From contig JAQGDQ010002366.1 in the NCBI GenBank assembly GCA_030141605.1, forward strand, positions 70,660 through 134,659: a stretch of DNA of 64,000 bases. The letters run 5' to 3'. Below are positions 23,901-36,290 of this stretch, one piece after another (within the stretch, counting starts at the first letter, position 1; every line of letters starts with the position of its first letter). Source of the DNA: Tubiluchus corallicola (lineage: Eukaryota; Animalia; Priapulida). Position numbers and translations under genes: made by a program. The notes beneath the pieces are model-generated. The model worked only from the letters and a program-made list of their open reading frames with translations, was not told the origin of the DNA and ran no database searches.

Positions 23901-25979
23901 TCGAAACTAAAATCACTTGTTGTACCTCTGTGTAGCAGACTGTCAGTAAATTTCGCGCCTTAAGATTGCGTATCGTTTGTCAACGATATTCGCGCCTTCA
24001 AATTTCGCGCCATTTGTCTTGGTTCACTGGCTCAATGTGTTTTAAACAGTAGGTATTATTGACGGTTTGAGTATACGGGAACGTTTTGGTTGTCAGTAGT
24101 GTGTGAGAATGTATTTACATTGTTTTTTGCTAGTTTTTTTTCGATTTTATACTGGTAGTGTACCTGAACCTTAACTTGTTCCTCTCAAGACTGGGGCAAT
24201 GATGTAAGCAATAATTATATTTAGTTAAGTAATTTGAACTTGATGTTTAGTAACTTGAAACGAATTAGAATGTGTGGTAAATATGTAATTAGTCTAGAAA
24301 AGATTTCAGTTGATTTGTGCTACAGAATATTGGCAGTATATATTACTTTCTGTACTTTTTAATATTGTATTTTCTATTACGACAGCTTCATTTTCATATT
24401 GTGAGTTTCATTATGTCAGACAATAGCACATTTGCTTTAAATTTTCTGTGTAATTTGTTTCTTATTATTTCTTTATTTGTTTTTTTTGTTTAGAATAAAC
24501 AACTATGCAACCAAAGATGTTTTCTTGTATCCGTTACACTCTGTTTTTGTACTCTTTGGTGGACGACAAATTATAATGAAATGTAAAATTCACCTGGCAA
24601 CTTTGAATGAGATGTCTATTGACTCAAAGGATGTAGTGAGATACTTTCTCAGAAACAACTAAATTTGATCGAGCAATGATGGCCACACCGCCAACTCCAC
24701 GTTTCTCACGAGGTTGCTGATACAATGAATACTCCTTAATAGAAGACAGCACTTCAGAAATAATGGGATCGTCTTTGGTTTTAAACCACGTTTCGGTTCA
24801 AATTATGCAGTCTAAATTTTCGTCCAGTAGTATTGATGCTAAGGCAGCAGTTTTCTCTGTCATAGAACGAGCATTCCGTAATGCACCCCACATATGCAAT
24901 TTAGGAAGCAGCTAGATATCAATGCAATCTTAACTAAAGTTTTGGTTCTATCTGAAATCTGTCTTGTCTCTGTTGTGCAATTTTGCACGATACAATTCTT
25001 AAGCAAACGGCTGACGTTGACACCTGTCGGTTGTCAATATAGTGACCCCATTTCCGGCTTGTAGGTAGTGTGAAGAAGAAGTGTGAGAGCGATACCGAGT
25101 TTGAAAAATTCCAGGTATAATTTTAATACCGAAACTAGCGTCTTGTACCTTTTAGCTATTAATGAAGCTCGGGTACAAGATACCAAGCCTGTGCTGCTTG
25201 ACATCTTTATATCCAGGTAACAGTATGCCCCAAATATAAGGATAGAGTGTATGATAGGCAGCTCAAGGTTACGTGTAGATTTTCACGAAACGTCTAACTT
25301 CCAGGCTTACAGTAGTACTAAAATACATGCTATCGTGAAAAGAAGCCAGACTGATTCCGTTTAGTATGTGGCTTTAATGGAAGTTATTTGAAGTTTCAGC
25401 CAAGAAAATTTAAAACAGACTTGCCATTAAATTTTCACACTGATTCTCACTATAATATACTGTAGTTTTCCAAAATCACTTAAACTAACATTCTAATAGC
25501 ACATAGTTATTAAGATAACCAAAACGCTAAAGTTACACAATAAAAAATCGTTAAAAGTGCGAGCACAGATCGCAAGTTGCTAACACCTCTTATACTACAT
25601 GTATATGACGATTCTTCATGAGAAACAGCACGAGGAAAATTCGTCGTAAAGGTTACTGTGAAGTGCGACATAGAAAATAATGTGTTCCATTTTCGTGAGG
25701 AAGATGGCTGTTCAGGACAATTCATTCAAAAAGGTCTTTAGTCCGTTTCTATGCAAATGGACTCTCTACCTAAATTTTCGCTCTAAACAAATTTTTGTTC
25801 CCCGTAGAATATTTTCTAATCTTTTATACGTATAATTTAATGTAATTTTACACGTTACAGAATCGCACAGTTTAGCACATTGCCAAATAAACTCTTGTAT
25901 GATTACTATGATAAACTCATGAAACCCTTTCCATTTTGAAAACCGTTACGAGTTTTAGTTGTATAATTAAAATACTTAC

Positions 25980-26513
25980 CTGAGCATCACGGTGCGATCT
26001 GTAACTCGCCCAGCAACATGCCTCAAGTTGATTTTCGTCTATTCCCCAGTATGTTAGCTCTTCTTCGTACATTGGTCCGCATACGTCGGTAGGCATGTGT
26101 AGCTTACCAGTTCGGTAATAGTTCAAAACGGCTGCAAATACAGTTGGATGACGGTCGAAGAAGTACTCTCCCGTAGTAGGTTCATAGTCAACATTCATGG
26201 CACTGGCGTTTTCGACAAGCCAAGCAAGTCTCGTGTCCGGTATGTTACGCAATGTAGATCGGTATGTTTCATGGCGGACACCCCCCACATTAATTATAAT
26301 TCTGTTTTCTCGTTTTTGGTTGTATGAGGCAGACGGGACATCTAGTAGTTCCATGACTGATAATCTCGGTGCTTGAGAGCTTTCGGGAATACCACTATGT
26401 GCTCGCGAATTTTTTCTCACAGTACCAATAAGGGCACGTGAATCTTTTCGAAAGGATGATAGTGCCAGAAAGTCACTGCAGTCATAATCATCACGAAGCT
26501 CACAATCAGTCAT
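25980..26513 (-). CDS. KCNC: Shaw/Kv3 voltage-gated potassium channel, first coding exon (N-terminus and T1/BTB domain, 178 codons)
   Basis: [31 protein letters not shown]...[53 protein letters not shown]. Contains the H-x5-C-x20-CC zinc motif of non-Shaker T1 domains. Ends CAG|GTAAGT (phase 0). Possible upstream acceptor ttttttcAG at about 26697. Confidence 0.95.
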
Positions 26514-27102
26514 AATCAGTCAAAATAAAGCATGTGCTTTGAAACCGCACTGTAGCTTATGTTGTACCACATGTTGAAGCTATTACGGTTTTGTGTTCTC
26601 TAAATTTTTCGTACCAGCTCTCTTGAAACTAAAGCATTAATGTTAATCATGGTTCGTTTTCTATCACAGATAGCTGCTCGTTGTCTAATTCATGATCTGA
26701 AAAAAGTCGTCAGCATACAGAGTTTAGAATTTAGAAATTATTTTCATGGAATTTTTATTATTTTTTAGCAGATAGCGCAGTGCAACAGACATATTGTATA
26801 CAATGGTGTCATTTGTCCCCACTAACAATAGAGAATCAGTGTAAATACAATTTTATGAAATAAAATAAATAAAATAAAATAAAACAAGTAGGCCTATTCA
26901 CTTAATCAAGGCCTAAAAATATTTTAAATGGCTTATCACAAAATTTAGTTCTCTGGCGGACAATGTATTTCTTACTTGTAGAAATAAGTTACGATGTAAA
27001 TCGTTTTCAATTTTGTTTTCACTTTATTTTCTTAACGTTCTAGGCATGCCATGAGACCATGCTTTTACGTTAATTTTTTAGTGTCGTCTGTCAGGATATG
27101 TT

Positions 27103-27425
27103 TTTTCAAAGCAAACTTCTACAACAGACGACAAATTAAAGTGGAAGAAGACCAGTAAAATTATCGAACGAGACAGAAGGACAGTGACAAAAGCCCGCGC
27201 ACACGCACCCACGTACACACACATGCACGCATGCACACATGCACGCACTCACGCACGCACTCACGTACCCGCACGCACGCACGCACGCACACACACATAC
27301 ACACACCTTCGCGCACATGCACACACGCATTTCCAAAGCAAATTTCTGCAACAGGTGACAAAATTAATTAAAGTGGAAGAAAACTAGCAAAATTATCGAA
27401 CGAGACAGAAAGACAGTGAAAAAGG
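27103..27425. repeat. Diverged ~90-bp direct repeat flanking a (CA/GCAC)n microsatellite
   Basis: CAAAGCAAA..TTCT..CAACAG...AATTAAAGTGGAAGAA...AAAATTATCGAACGAGACAGAA.GACAGTGA at about 27103-27195 and 27331-27425, with a GCAC/AC-rich tract between. Confidence 0.85.
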
Positions 27426-28099
27426 CACATTACAGGGACGAAATATCATTTATTTTTGACTCCTCCGTACATTGTAAACATTGTAATGGCTCACCCAGAT
27501 GAAGCCATTGCATAGTGGCGCTGAATATCAGGTATAAAACGGTCGCTATGGAATGGCTCGTGGGGCAACTGCATGTGTTCCGTTATTCAAGGCTACAAAT
27601 ACAATCTACTTGAGCTGATGAAGCGCACAGAGTGAATTCTGATTAGAGGGATAGTAAAAAGTGAAGGTAACGAGGAATAAGTAAAAGGAGACACTTGTGT
27701 TTTGTTTAAATTTAATTATGGAGTTCCCACATTTATTGTAAAGATGGCGGCGTGGCAAGATTTCATATTGTCATTGAGTTAATGGGACTACGTCATACTC
27801 GTGAAATACCTTTTTTGTAAATAAAGAAAAGTAGAAAGCCTGGCTAACATAAAAAGTAACTTAAGAGTAAATTACGGTGTAACAACTCATAATAGGGAAG
27901 ATTTTGAATAGTCAGTAATGGAGTATGCTCAGTATGATGACAGTGTATGGTGTAATTATCAGACTTATTAGAACATACATGTACACAAAAACGAGCTGAA
28001 AACATATGTAGCAAAGCAATGAAAGGTATCAGTACACACAACTTGTTATTTGAAAATTCCTTTGACTATTTACCAAAAAAAACGTATATTTCACAGAAG

Positions 28100-29400
28100 C
28101 AAAAATGTTTTATAAAATTGTTAATCAGTTAACAGCATTATATTTATTTGAAATACTGCCAACTGAATACTTGTATTCATTGCGTAAGAGAGATGATTTG
28201 CTTTGTTCCATACTAGATGTAACTATTTTAAATACTCGCTCTTTCCTGTGTCCGTGACTGAATGGAACAATTTGCCAAATTTTATAAAAGACTCCTTCCG
28301 TCAGCGTATTTTGCAGCAGGTACAAAAAGTATCTGCATACCTACATATTACACACATGACTCTCATTCAGGAGCAGTTCCACAAACTCGAAAAAATAGAA
28401 TTATTACAAGAAATAGACGATTTGCATGAGAAAACAAAGGAAAAATATGGGAAAAATGAAGGGCTGGGGAAAACAGGTAACATAAGAGAAATGAAGACAG
28501 AATTCAGACAGTCACAATGTTATATGCCGTATCACCACAAAAGGCTAAGATGTTATTTTGGAAATACTGCAGATACAAACACGGGAAGTTTGGTGAAATG
28601 ACAACAATTTGTAGATACTATAGAGATGGTAAGCGCTGTTCCTATGGACGGAAGATTTTGACATGAAAAAGAGACAGTGTAACAGAGAAAAATAGTGATG
28701 ATCGATAGAGATGGAAGAGGATGTGATGAAAATGAAATGAAAATAGATCAAACAAAGTATGGGCGGGAGATTATGAACGTAGAGGAAATGAGTGGAACAT
28801 TAAAAACTGGATTAGCGATTAAAAAGCAAGAAATGAAGAAATGCAGAGGTTGAAACAACAAATTCTTTTTAGGGACCAAGAACAAAAATGATGGTGCAAA
28901 TAAGTCAGTATTGTTAGAGAAAAGAGAAAATATAGAAAAAATATAGGAAATATAAGAAGGGGTGTAAAAATAAAAAATGTGCAAAAATTTCAAAATATAT
29001 TATGCAAACTGTAGATGTATGAAAAGAAAAGAAGAAAGTATCACAGCAATGTTAGAAGAAAAGCATTTAGAAAATAATATGTTTGGTAGAAACTTTTTGA
29101 AATGAGGAAGAAGTTGTTTATTTTAACGAAAACAATAAAGTATGAAAAATTTATAAATAATCGTGAAGAAGATAAAGGCTGTATACTTGTGAAGGAGGTA
29201 GCTATGGTAACATACCTGTATTCTAGAAAAGGTAAATGAAAATTATGAAGAACTTTGGCTGATCACAAACAATGGAAGGACTAAAATAAAGAACAAAAAT
29301 ACAGAAGTTGAAGAAAATGTACCAACATACATACAGACATGTAGACATGCGGAAAGAGAAAGAAAAAATCATAATGATCAGTGATTATAACCGTAAAATC
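28100..29400 (+). mobile_element. Degenerate LINE fragments (CR1/L2-like 3' end plus purine-rich LINE remnant)
   Basis: RCNYFKYSLFPVSVTEWNNLP is a typical LINE ORF2 C-terminus. The adjacent A-rich decayed coding-like sequence recurs in similar form at about 30780-31240. Confidence 0.5.
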
Positions 29401-31499
29401 GGGAAAATAATAAGTAGATTCAGAGACTATGTAGCGCCAGCAGGTAGACCATTATAAATAAATACAAAAAGCAAACCTGGAAGTATTAAATGGTGATTCA
29501 AAATGCAAGAGTATGCGGACAGCGCAGAAGGCGAAGCAAAATCAGTAACACAATTGTGATGACCCTGATCCTGTATTTCCTCTAGGGGAATCAAAAAGGG
29601 GAATGCTGCGTTAGTTTTACATCTCATAACAGAAGGGAGCTAGTATGATAGTCACTAAATGTATGGATGCAGATCGGCCTAAGGCTGATGTTAAAAATAC
29701 GGGGGACTATGGCCTATTTGCATTCTATACACTGATGGATCTAAAGAAAAAGAAAGATCAAATGGCAGATATTAAAATAATTAATCAAACAATTTAATTA
29801 TCAACAAATTCCAAAGTGATTCGATTTAAGCAAAAGTTCAGTAATAACAAAGATATAGCAATATTGACAAAGCTTGGGGTTAGTAGGGTATATACGTTTG
29901 CATGAAGTTCATGTCTGCCCACTATGTACCTAGGTTTTTTTGGAACACTTTTCCTTTAAAGCGAACAGTCTGTAGAACGGTAGCAATACGTCGTATAACC
30001 TCTGCGTCTGAATACAGTTGTGATTCCAAACTTCGTCAGAGAACTACCAATTAGTCTTTACCCAGCAAGTAGCATCGAAGAACATTGGGCTAGTATACGT
30101 GACGTTTACGTTATCAGTGCGATGTTAGTTACGATCGTAACAAAAGCGAAAAGTACCTGTTACCACCCTGGATGTGGTTCTGTAGTAGGTCGATCCATTT
30201 GTCCGTCCGTGGGTAACTCCACTATTGCAGACTGCAAGCCAGCATCTCTGGGACAACTCTGGTTGACGACCACAGGCTACACCAACTAGGCTCTCACTGT
30301 ATCACCATGTACATTACACACCATATCTTGTGTGAAACTTTCTAGTACGGCATTTCTCTTCAAAAACATATAACTTCACAGAGACGAGTAAATGACCTGT
30401 CTCGTTCTGTGTCAAGTTGCCGTCTATATCTAAACAGTGTTGAACGAAGTTCATCGAGAAGCCACTCGCTTAAACAGCTGTAATTTTATTCACCTGTACA
30501 CTATCGTTAACCTTGACTTAGCCACTGCATTACAGCCGCGATAGGGCAGACAAGAGTGGGTCAGACGGAATTCAAAAGGGGGTCTGTTAGTAGGTGCCTA
30601 CATCCTAACAAATTATCAGTAATTAATAACACAATTAACTATCACTGCCAGTAGCTAAATATCATACATATCAATTAATTGAACATACAGTATGAATAGG
30701 GCTTAATGTTGCATAAGCGTAATGTGAGAACTATTAAATCTAGGGCGAAACATGACAACAATGCAATATTTACTAACAGTATATTAGAGGGAGGCATTCA
30801 TAATAGAGAATAAAAAGTGAAGTGAGAGAAGAGAAGTAACGAGCTAAGAGAGAAAGATGCTAAGTGTTGGAGAGTGTTAACCAATAAAGGAGAATATTAA
30901 CAAAATGTGGGAAAGCGAAGACAGCTTTCAAGAAAAATATGACAAGTGGAACGGTGAAGCACTTTAATAAAAGAAAGTCTAAACAAATGTACTAAAAGGA
31001 AGAGAGGTATTTCAAAAGGTGTTAGAATACTAAAAAAAATTAAAAAAGATTTGAAGTCACAGCAAAATAAGACAGGTATTAGCATAACAGAAAAACAAAT
31101 AATGGCTGAAAAAATAAACATAGTCGCGCAACACGTACTTGAATAAGAACAAAGTGATCAAACAAGAAGAATAAAAAAAGGTGCGGAAAGTTTCAATAAT
31201 GGAGCCGGCATTCGATCTAAAAGATTTTGGGAATTCTGACGAGCAGGAAGAAAGAGGTACGTCACATTTTTACTGTTGTGAATAAATTTATAAATCGGCA
31301 ATTTGGTAGTAAATTAATGGAGTTATCAGCTGAATTAGATTCAGTTGATAAATCTCATGCCTCCCTGATTTTCATAAGATAAATTTATTGGTTGACAGAG
31401 AAACTCACCCAGCTGATAAGTACGGATTTAATGCGATGCAAATTATTGTACATTTTAGAGAAATACAGGTGTGTCTTGTATAGAAAATTGTAGGAACAC

Positions 31500-32476
31500 A
31501 GATGTCTTGTTTAAGCGAAGACACTATTGTCTCGTATAGCCACATGCAGAGTTACAGTTAATTAACGGAAGGTCGGTAGTATGCAGATGTCGTATAGAGG
31601 TGACTTTATGATTGTCACCAAGGTCTGTGCTCGGAGACATTGGAAGAGAGAAATCTGAAGATTTGCCGACGACGGAAAGAGATCTCACGGAGCGAAAGAA
31701 TTCGAAGAAACACCTTGCTGATCGTAAAGTCAGAAATCGCATGGCGGGTGGTGTCACCTGCCACAGGTGTTGCCATATGGTGCAATATTTAGCAAGGTCA
31801 GCTCTCCGAGTTATAAACTCTAAGTTTTAGACTAGCGACACACACACACACGAGGAGCGACGTGAGTTACACACACCCACGCACATCGAGGAGGAGAGTC
31901 TGACAGTGTGTCCGAGACAGCCTTCTAGAAGAGAAGAACATCATTTGACACCAGCGTAGAGGAGTCTGCGTTCTCAGCAATAGACTGGGCACTGGATCAA
32001 CAAAAGTCTCGTTAAGCTATTTGGAGTTGACCAAGTGTAAGGGTACATTGGTCAATCCGCAAGTTAAGTGTACTTTCACATTTCTGTAGTTTCACATTGT
32101 ATTAAGCACCATAAGTGCAGCATACTGAATCGTTGTCAAGTAAAGTGAATGAGCATCTTCTCTGGAGCTATACACTAATTGTAAGCGCTCACCAGCGTAT
32201 AGGGATAAATCTTGTAAAGCAAACCAGGTTAGATAACGTGTATTCTGTAATTGAATAAATTCAATTCACTGTGGTAACGTCGATAACAAGTTCTTGTATG
32301 ATTAAGAGCGTTCAAAGTAAAGCAACACTAAATCCTAGAAAACTCATTTGCGGGAGCTACGCTCGATAACTTGAGGGAAGAAGACCTCCACTCACAACGC
32401 AAGGTCAAAGTGACAGTCTTGAAGGACAGTATCATTGCCTGATAGACTTAACTAAAGCCCTCGGAGTCAGGTGACA
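31500..32476 (+). mobile_element. 3' end of an LTR retrotransposon: internal tail, PPT and 725-bp LTR (31752-32476)
   Basis: 9-bp inverted termini TGTCACCTG...CAGGTGACA, preceded by purine-rich ATGGCGGGTGG; internal TATAAA (about 31812) and AATAAA (about 32254). Confidence 0.75.
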
Positions 32477-32599
32477 GAATCACCTTATAGCGAACTGGAA
32501 GCGAATCTGTAAAATCTAAATTAATCAATATACAATCTATACAATCTATAGATTCAATTCATGATCACTCGATACGGCTAGATAAAACTATACGATCAA

Positions 32600-34975
32600 T
32601 CTATCGAGAAAAAGGGGTCGTGATATTACACCTCCTTAGCTCAGCATCTCAGCAACAGGAGTGCAGAGGTTACCTCTTTCATCAACTGCATCCAAAAGTG
32701 ACTGCAGATCTTTCTCAGGCCTGTATATCGCCTGTCAAACAGAAGATGGAAACATTGATAATTTTCTTCTCTCGTGAAAACCATACCACCCTACCAGTTC
32801 TGACCACCAATAGTAAAACACGTTGCAGTTAAAGCAGACTTACTTCATTGTCTGGAATCGTCTGTGCCAGAAACCGTCTTGTTGTTATGACTGATGCAAT
32901 TATTATTTTTGGATTATAGGTAGACATCCCAGACGAGGACAGTATGATTGTATTTCGCACACTGCAAAGAACGTTATTGGCATCTACATCCCAGTGTACG
33001 CTGGCAGGTAGTAGGCCTCGTATAGAGCGTATGGTTGACTCCTGTGCTCGAGTTCGAGTTGCAGTTTGGTCGGTAAAAATGTAATCTCCATAAAACGTGG
33101 TCTTGAGGCGATTACGATGCGGATAGGTGTAGAGAGGAGGTGAGGGACGCTCGCGATCGTCCAAGGATATATCATAGAATGTCGGAGGGGTGATACAAGG
33201 TGGTGTTAGAATTAGGTCATCTTGATCCGGAATGATAAGTGAGGAAGGTGAAACTTCATGCTCAGGGTTAGGAGAGGGAGAGGCAGTAACCTGGGTTAAT
33301 AACTGATTTTCTTCATTTTCTATCCCAAAATCCAACTGGTCGTAGATTATTGTCTCGCAACTTTCATCGTTGCTCAAAATCGATTTCAACTTTTGTGGAC
33401 TCACGTCCATCTCTACCGACAATGAGTTTACTTCTTCTCTGGAATCATTAGTTCCGTTTCCATCTACAGTAATTGGGATAGAGCTAAGTTGTTTATTCGG
33501 AGTGGAAGTACGTGGGCGGACTGGAGAGAGGTGGGCAGTGAAAGATCGCTAGGGTTGAAGAGAGTGGGAGAGTCAAGCTGTGGTGAGAGGGCTGGAAAAG
33601 AAGGGCTGGAAGTACTGGGCATCAAGGCAGGAAAACTCGAAGCAGTATCAACTTCTTTATTACCGACCGAAGCTTGTTCTGGTGAGTAGTGAGTCTGGTG
33701 GAGGTAACCCAAAAGATAGAGACTCATTAGCCTGACTGGATTCGGTGCTGATTTCCGAAGCATCGTAGATAATTGTTACTTGCGCGTCTGCGTTAGGTTG
33801 AGTGGAATTATTTTGCGTTGCATTGTCTTGTGCATTCCAAGAGAAGCCCGTGGGTGGCGCATATTTCCAAAGCCTATTGGCATGCACAACTTTACAATTT
33901 CTGGCGCCTGGAAGTTTGATACGGTATACCACATCTGATAATCGTTTGACTACAGTATAACGTCCATCCCAATCCATTTGCAGTTTGGGTGAACGTCCAA
34001 CCTTACGTTGAGGGTTGAAGAACCATACTAAATCATGTTCTTTAAAACGAGAACGTTTAGCTTTAACGTCGTGCCTTCGACGCATTGTTTCACCTGGGAA
34101 GCGCAAATTATTTCGAATAAAATGGTGAACATCATGTAGACTATCTTCTAAGTACTTTACATGGTCAACTACATTATGACAGACAGATTCAGGAGGTCGG
34201 CCCGTTAGCAAGTCGAGAGGAAGACGTAGTTCCCGACCCATCATGGCTTTGGCTGGAGTAAACCCTGTAGCATCATGTTCTGCTGACCGATAACTTAAAA
34301 GAAATAAGGGCATTTTCACATCCCAGACGCGCTGGTGTAAACTTGCGAATTGTGCCAATTGACGGGAGATTTTAATGTACCTTTCTGAGAGGCCATTTGA
34401 TTGAGGCCTTAAAGGGGTGGTACGCGTATTGACAATGTCTACATCTATTGCTATGCGCTCCATTGGAGCTCCTACCCCGTTTTCTACTTTGAGCGCGTCC
34501 CATTGGTGCCAAATAGCTTTTGATTCAGGGCTTAGAGCAGAAACTTGCGCCCATGCAGGTTTTTGGGCTGAAGTTTGCAAAAATCCCAATATTGGGGCTA
34601 TGTCTCTGTCTTTGGTCTGCTCTTCAGCAAAATCAAGATTTACATCTCTTAATGTTGTGCCGATTTTATTAATTTTCGCATTTTGTTGCATTACGTTACA
34701 CGGTTCTCGTTCGCTACAATGTTTGCAACTGGCTTCGCAGGGCCGACGAGAAAGCGCGTCCGCATTTCCGTGGCTTTTGCCTGCACGATATTCTATTGTG
34801 TAATCATACTGGTCTAATTTGCAAAGCCAGCGAGCTAACTGACCTTCTGGTTTACGCAAAGTTCTCAGCCAGCGAAGAGCAGCATGGTCAGTGGGTATAA
34901 CAAACTGCCGTCCGTAAAGATAGTGGTGAAAGTGATTCACAGCTTTAACCACTGCAAGAAGTTCGTTGGCATTCC
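32600..34975 (-). mobile_element. Gypsy pol remnant (RNase H, internally deleted integrase, Ser/Pro-rich extension)
   Basis: 451-aa ORF: ELLAVVKAVNHFHHYLYGRQF..TDHAALRWL..GKSHGNADALSRRPC; GAPMERIAID; TTPLRPQSNGLSER; WDGRYTVVKRLSDVVYRI. Similar to the 16.7-19.4 kb element. Confidence 0.9.
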
Positions 34976-35199
34976 AGGTCAGCTGGCTTCTCACACCAGG
35001 TGTAGGCCCAAACAAGTCGTCTGGACCTACAAGAAAGGGGTGAGTCGCTGCTGACGTGGAACCAGGGCGTGTAGAGGGCCCTACCCCTGACCCGACACAG
35101 GTGCCTCCGTAACAATATGTTAAGCAACTATTAGTAGCGCATCACAGGAAACGGCTTGGGTCGTCACATCCATCAATACATACCACATCACTGCACCAG

Positions 35200-36290
35200 T
35201 CACAGCAAAAACATTGTTCTCATGCAGAGATGATGCCAGACTACAAAATAAATCTGCTTTAAAAATACTCTGCATTTTACCACTAGTGGACAAAGCTGAT
35301 GGAGTGGCCTGGTCTTCATGAGAGAAAAATTGTCAATATTCTCCAATTTGTTATTTAACGGGAGATATAAAGGCTTGGAAAAAGACAGCAGTCACTGTTC
35401 AATACAACAGATGAAAGTGGAGTTTGTGGAATGCACTCCGGCTGGTTTTTGCTTGCCTGAAATAGCACCCTTTTTACATGTGGAGGTGACACACGCAATT
35501 TTTGCATACAGCAGATGATGAGCTAAAGGATGTAAGAATGTGACAATGCATACTGTTGATACAAATGTGGTAGTGTTTGCTGTGGCTGTATTTAATAAAA
35601 TGGAAATTGCTGCTGATGAGCTGTGAATTACGTCTGGAATTGGTTACAGTTTATGGTCTATACCTCTTCACGAAATAGTTGCCACGTTTAATCTGTTTAC
35701 TGACATTTCAAGTCTTCTGTGCTTATATTGTGTGACTCTGTCTCTGAATTTGCTCGCAGAGGAAAGACAGCTTCAGAAACCTGAGGTAAGCGAAGCATTT
35801 ATACAGAACTGACAGACATGGCAAAAGAAATTACTGGCGAATTAGTCACACTGCTAGAAATATGTATTGTGCTAAACTACGATTGTAGTACAGGGAGCAT
35901 GGTAGTAAATAAAGCAAAAAGTAGTTATTTGCACAAAACGCAAGTTCTTTGGAGAACATCCAGCACAACAGCCCTAAGGCAGCACATTAAACGCATTTGA
36001 TACCAAGCCATTTGTTAGAATCAGGCATCTGACTGGGGTCGGACAAAAGAAGTTATTGAGTGGCATTCTCTGTGGGCTTCCAGAGCGATCTGATTGGAGT
36101 TGGACAAAAGAAGCTAGTGAGTAGAAGCTTCTGTGGACCACCCTCCCAGAAACATCAAAATCATGAGTTTATTAACTGCAGCTGTGAGAAATGGAGTAGT
36201 GGATGATGTAAGTGCACTTAGGGCTGATGCTGTAACACTAAAGCTGGGCTAAATTGTACTGCAGTGTTCGTAAGACTACTAGAGCAAACG
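35200..36290 (+). mobile_element. Decayed Academ-like (XPG/PIN nuclease plus Cys-rich C-terminus) DNA transposon remnant
   Basis: Frameshifted motifs: HEEADTR-like (about 35477), TVDTNVVVFAVAVF, IPLHEIV, CDSVSEFARRGK, TALRQHIKR, SDWGRTK, LWTTLPETSKS, KAGLNCTA. Family assignment is from recalled motifs. Confidence 0.55.

Larger units (their letters stand above)
22993..24538. repeat. About 107-bp inverted repeat pair (22993-23099 and 24432-24538)
   Basis: TGTAACGGATACAAGAAAACATCTTAGGTTGCATAGTTGCTTATTCTAAAC...GAAAATTTAAAGCAA matches the reverse complement of 24432-24538 with few mismatches. Confidence 0.9.

Noticed and set aside
25917-25979. Last 20 aa of the 198-aa ORF as the end of a standalone KCTD/T1-only protein
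   Set aside because: A canonical CAG|GTAAGT donor at 25980 and an in-phase continuation at 12203 show this is intron read-through.
27136-27387. Cys/Val- and His/Thr-rich ORFs
   Set aside because: They are translations of the (CA/GCAC)n tract.
29430-29631. Possible small solo LTR (TG...CA)
   Set aside because: No TSD and no convincing inverted termini.
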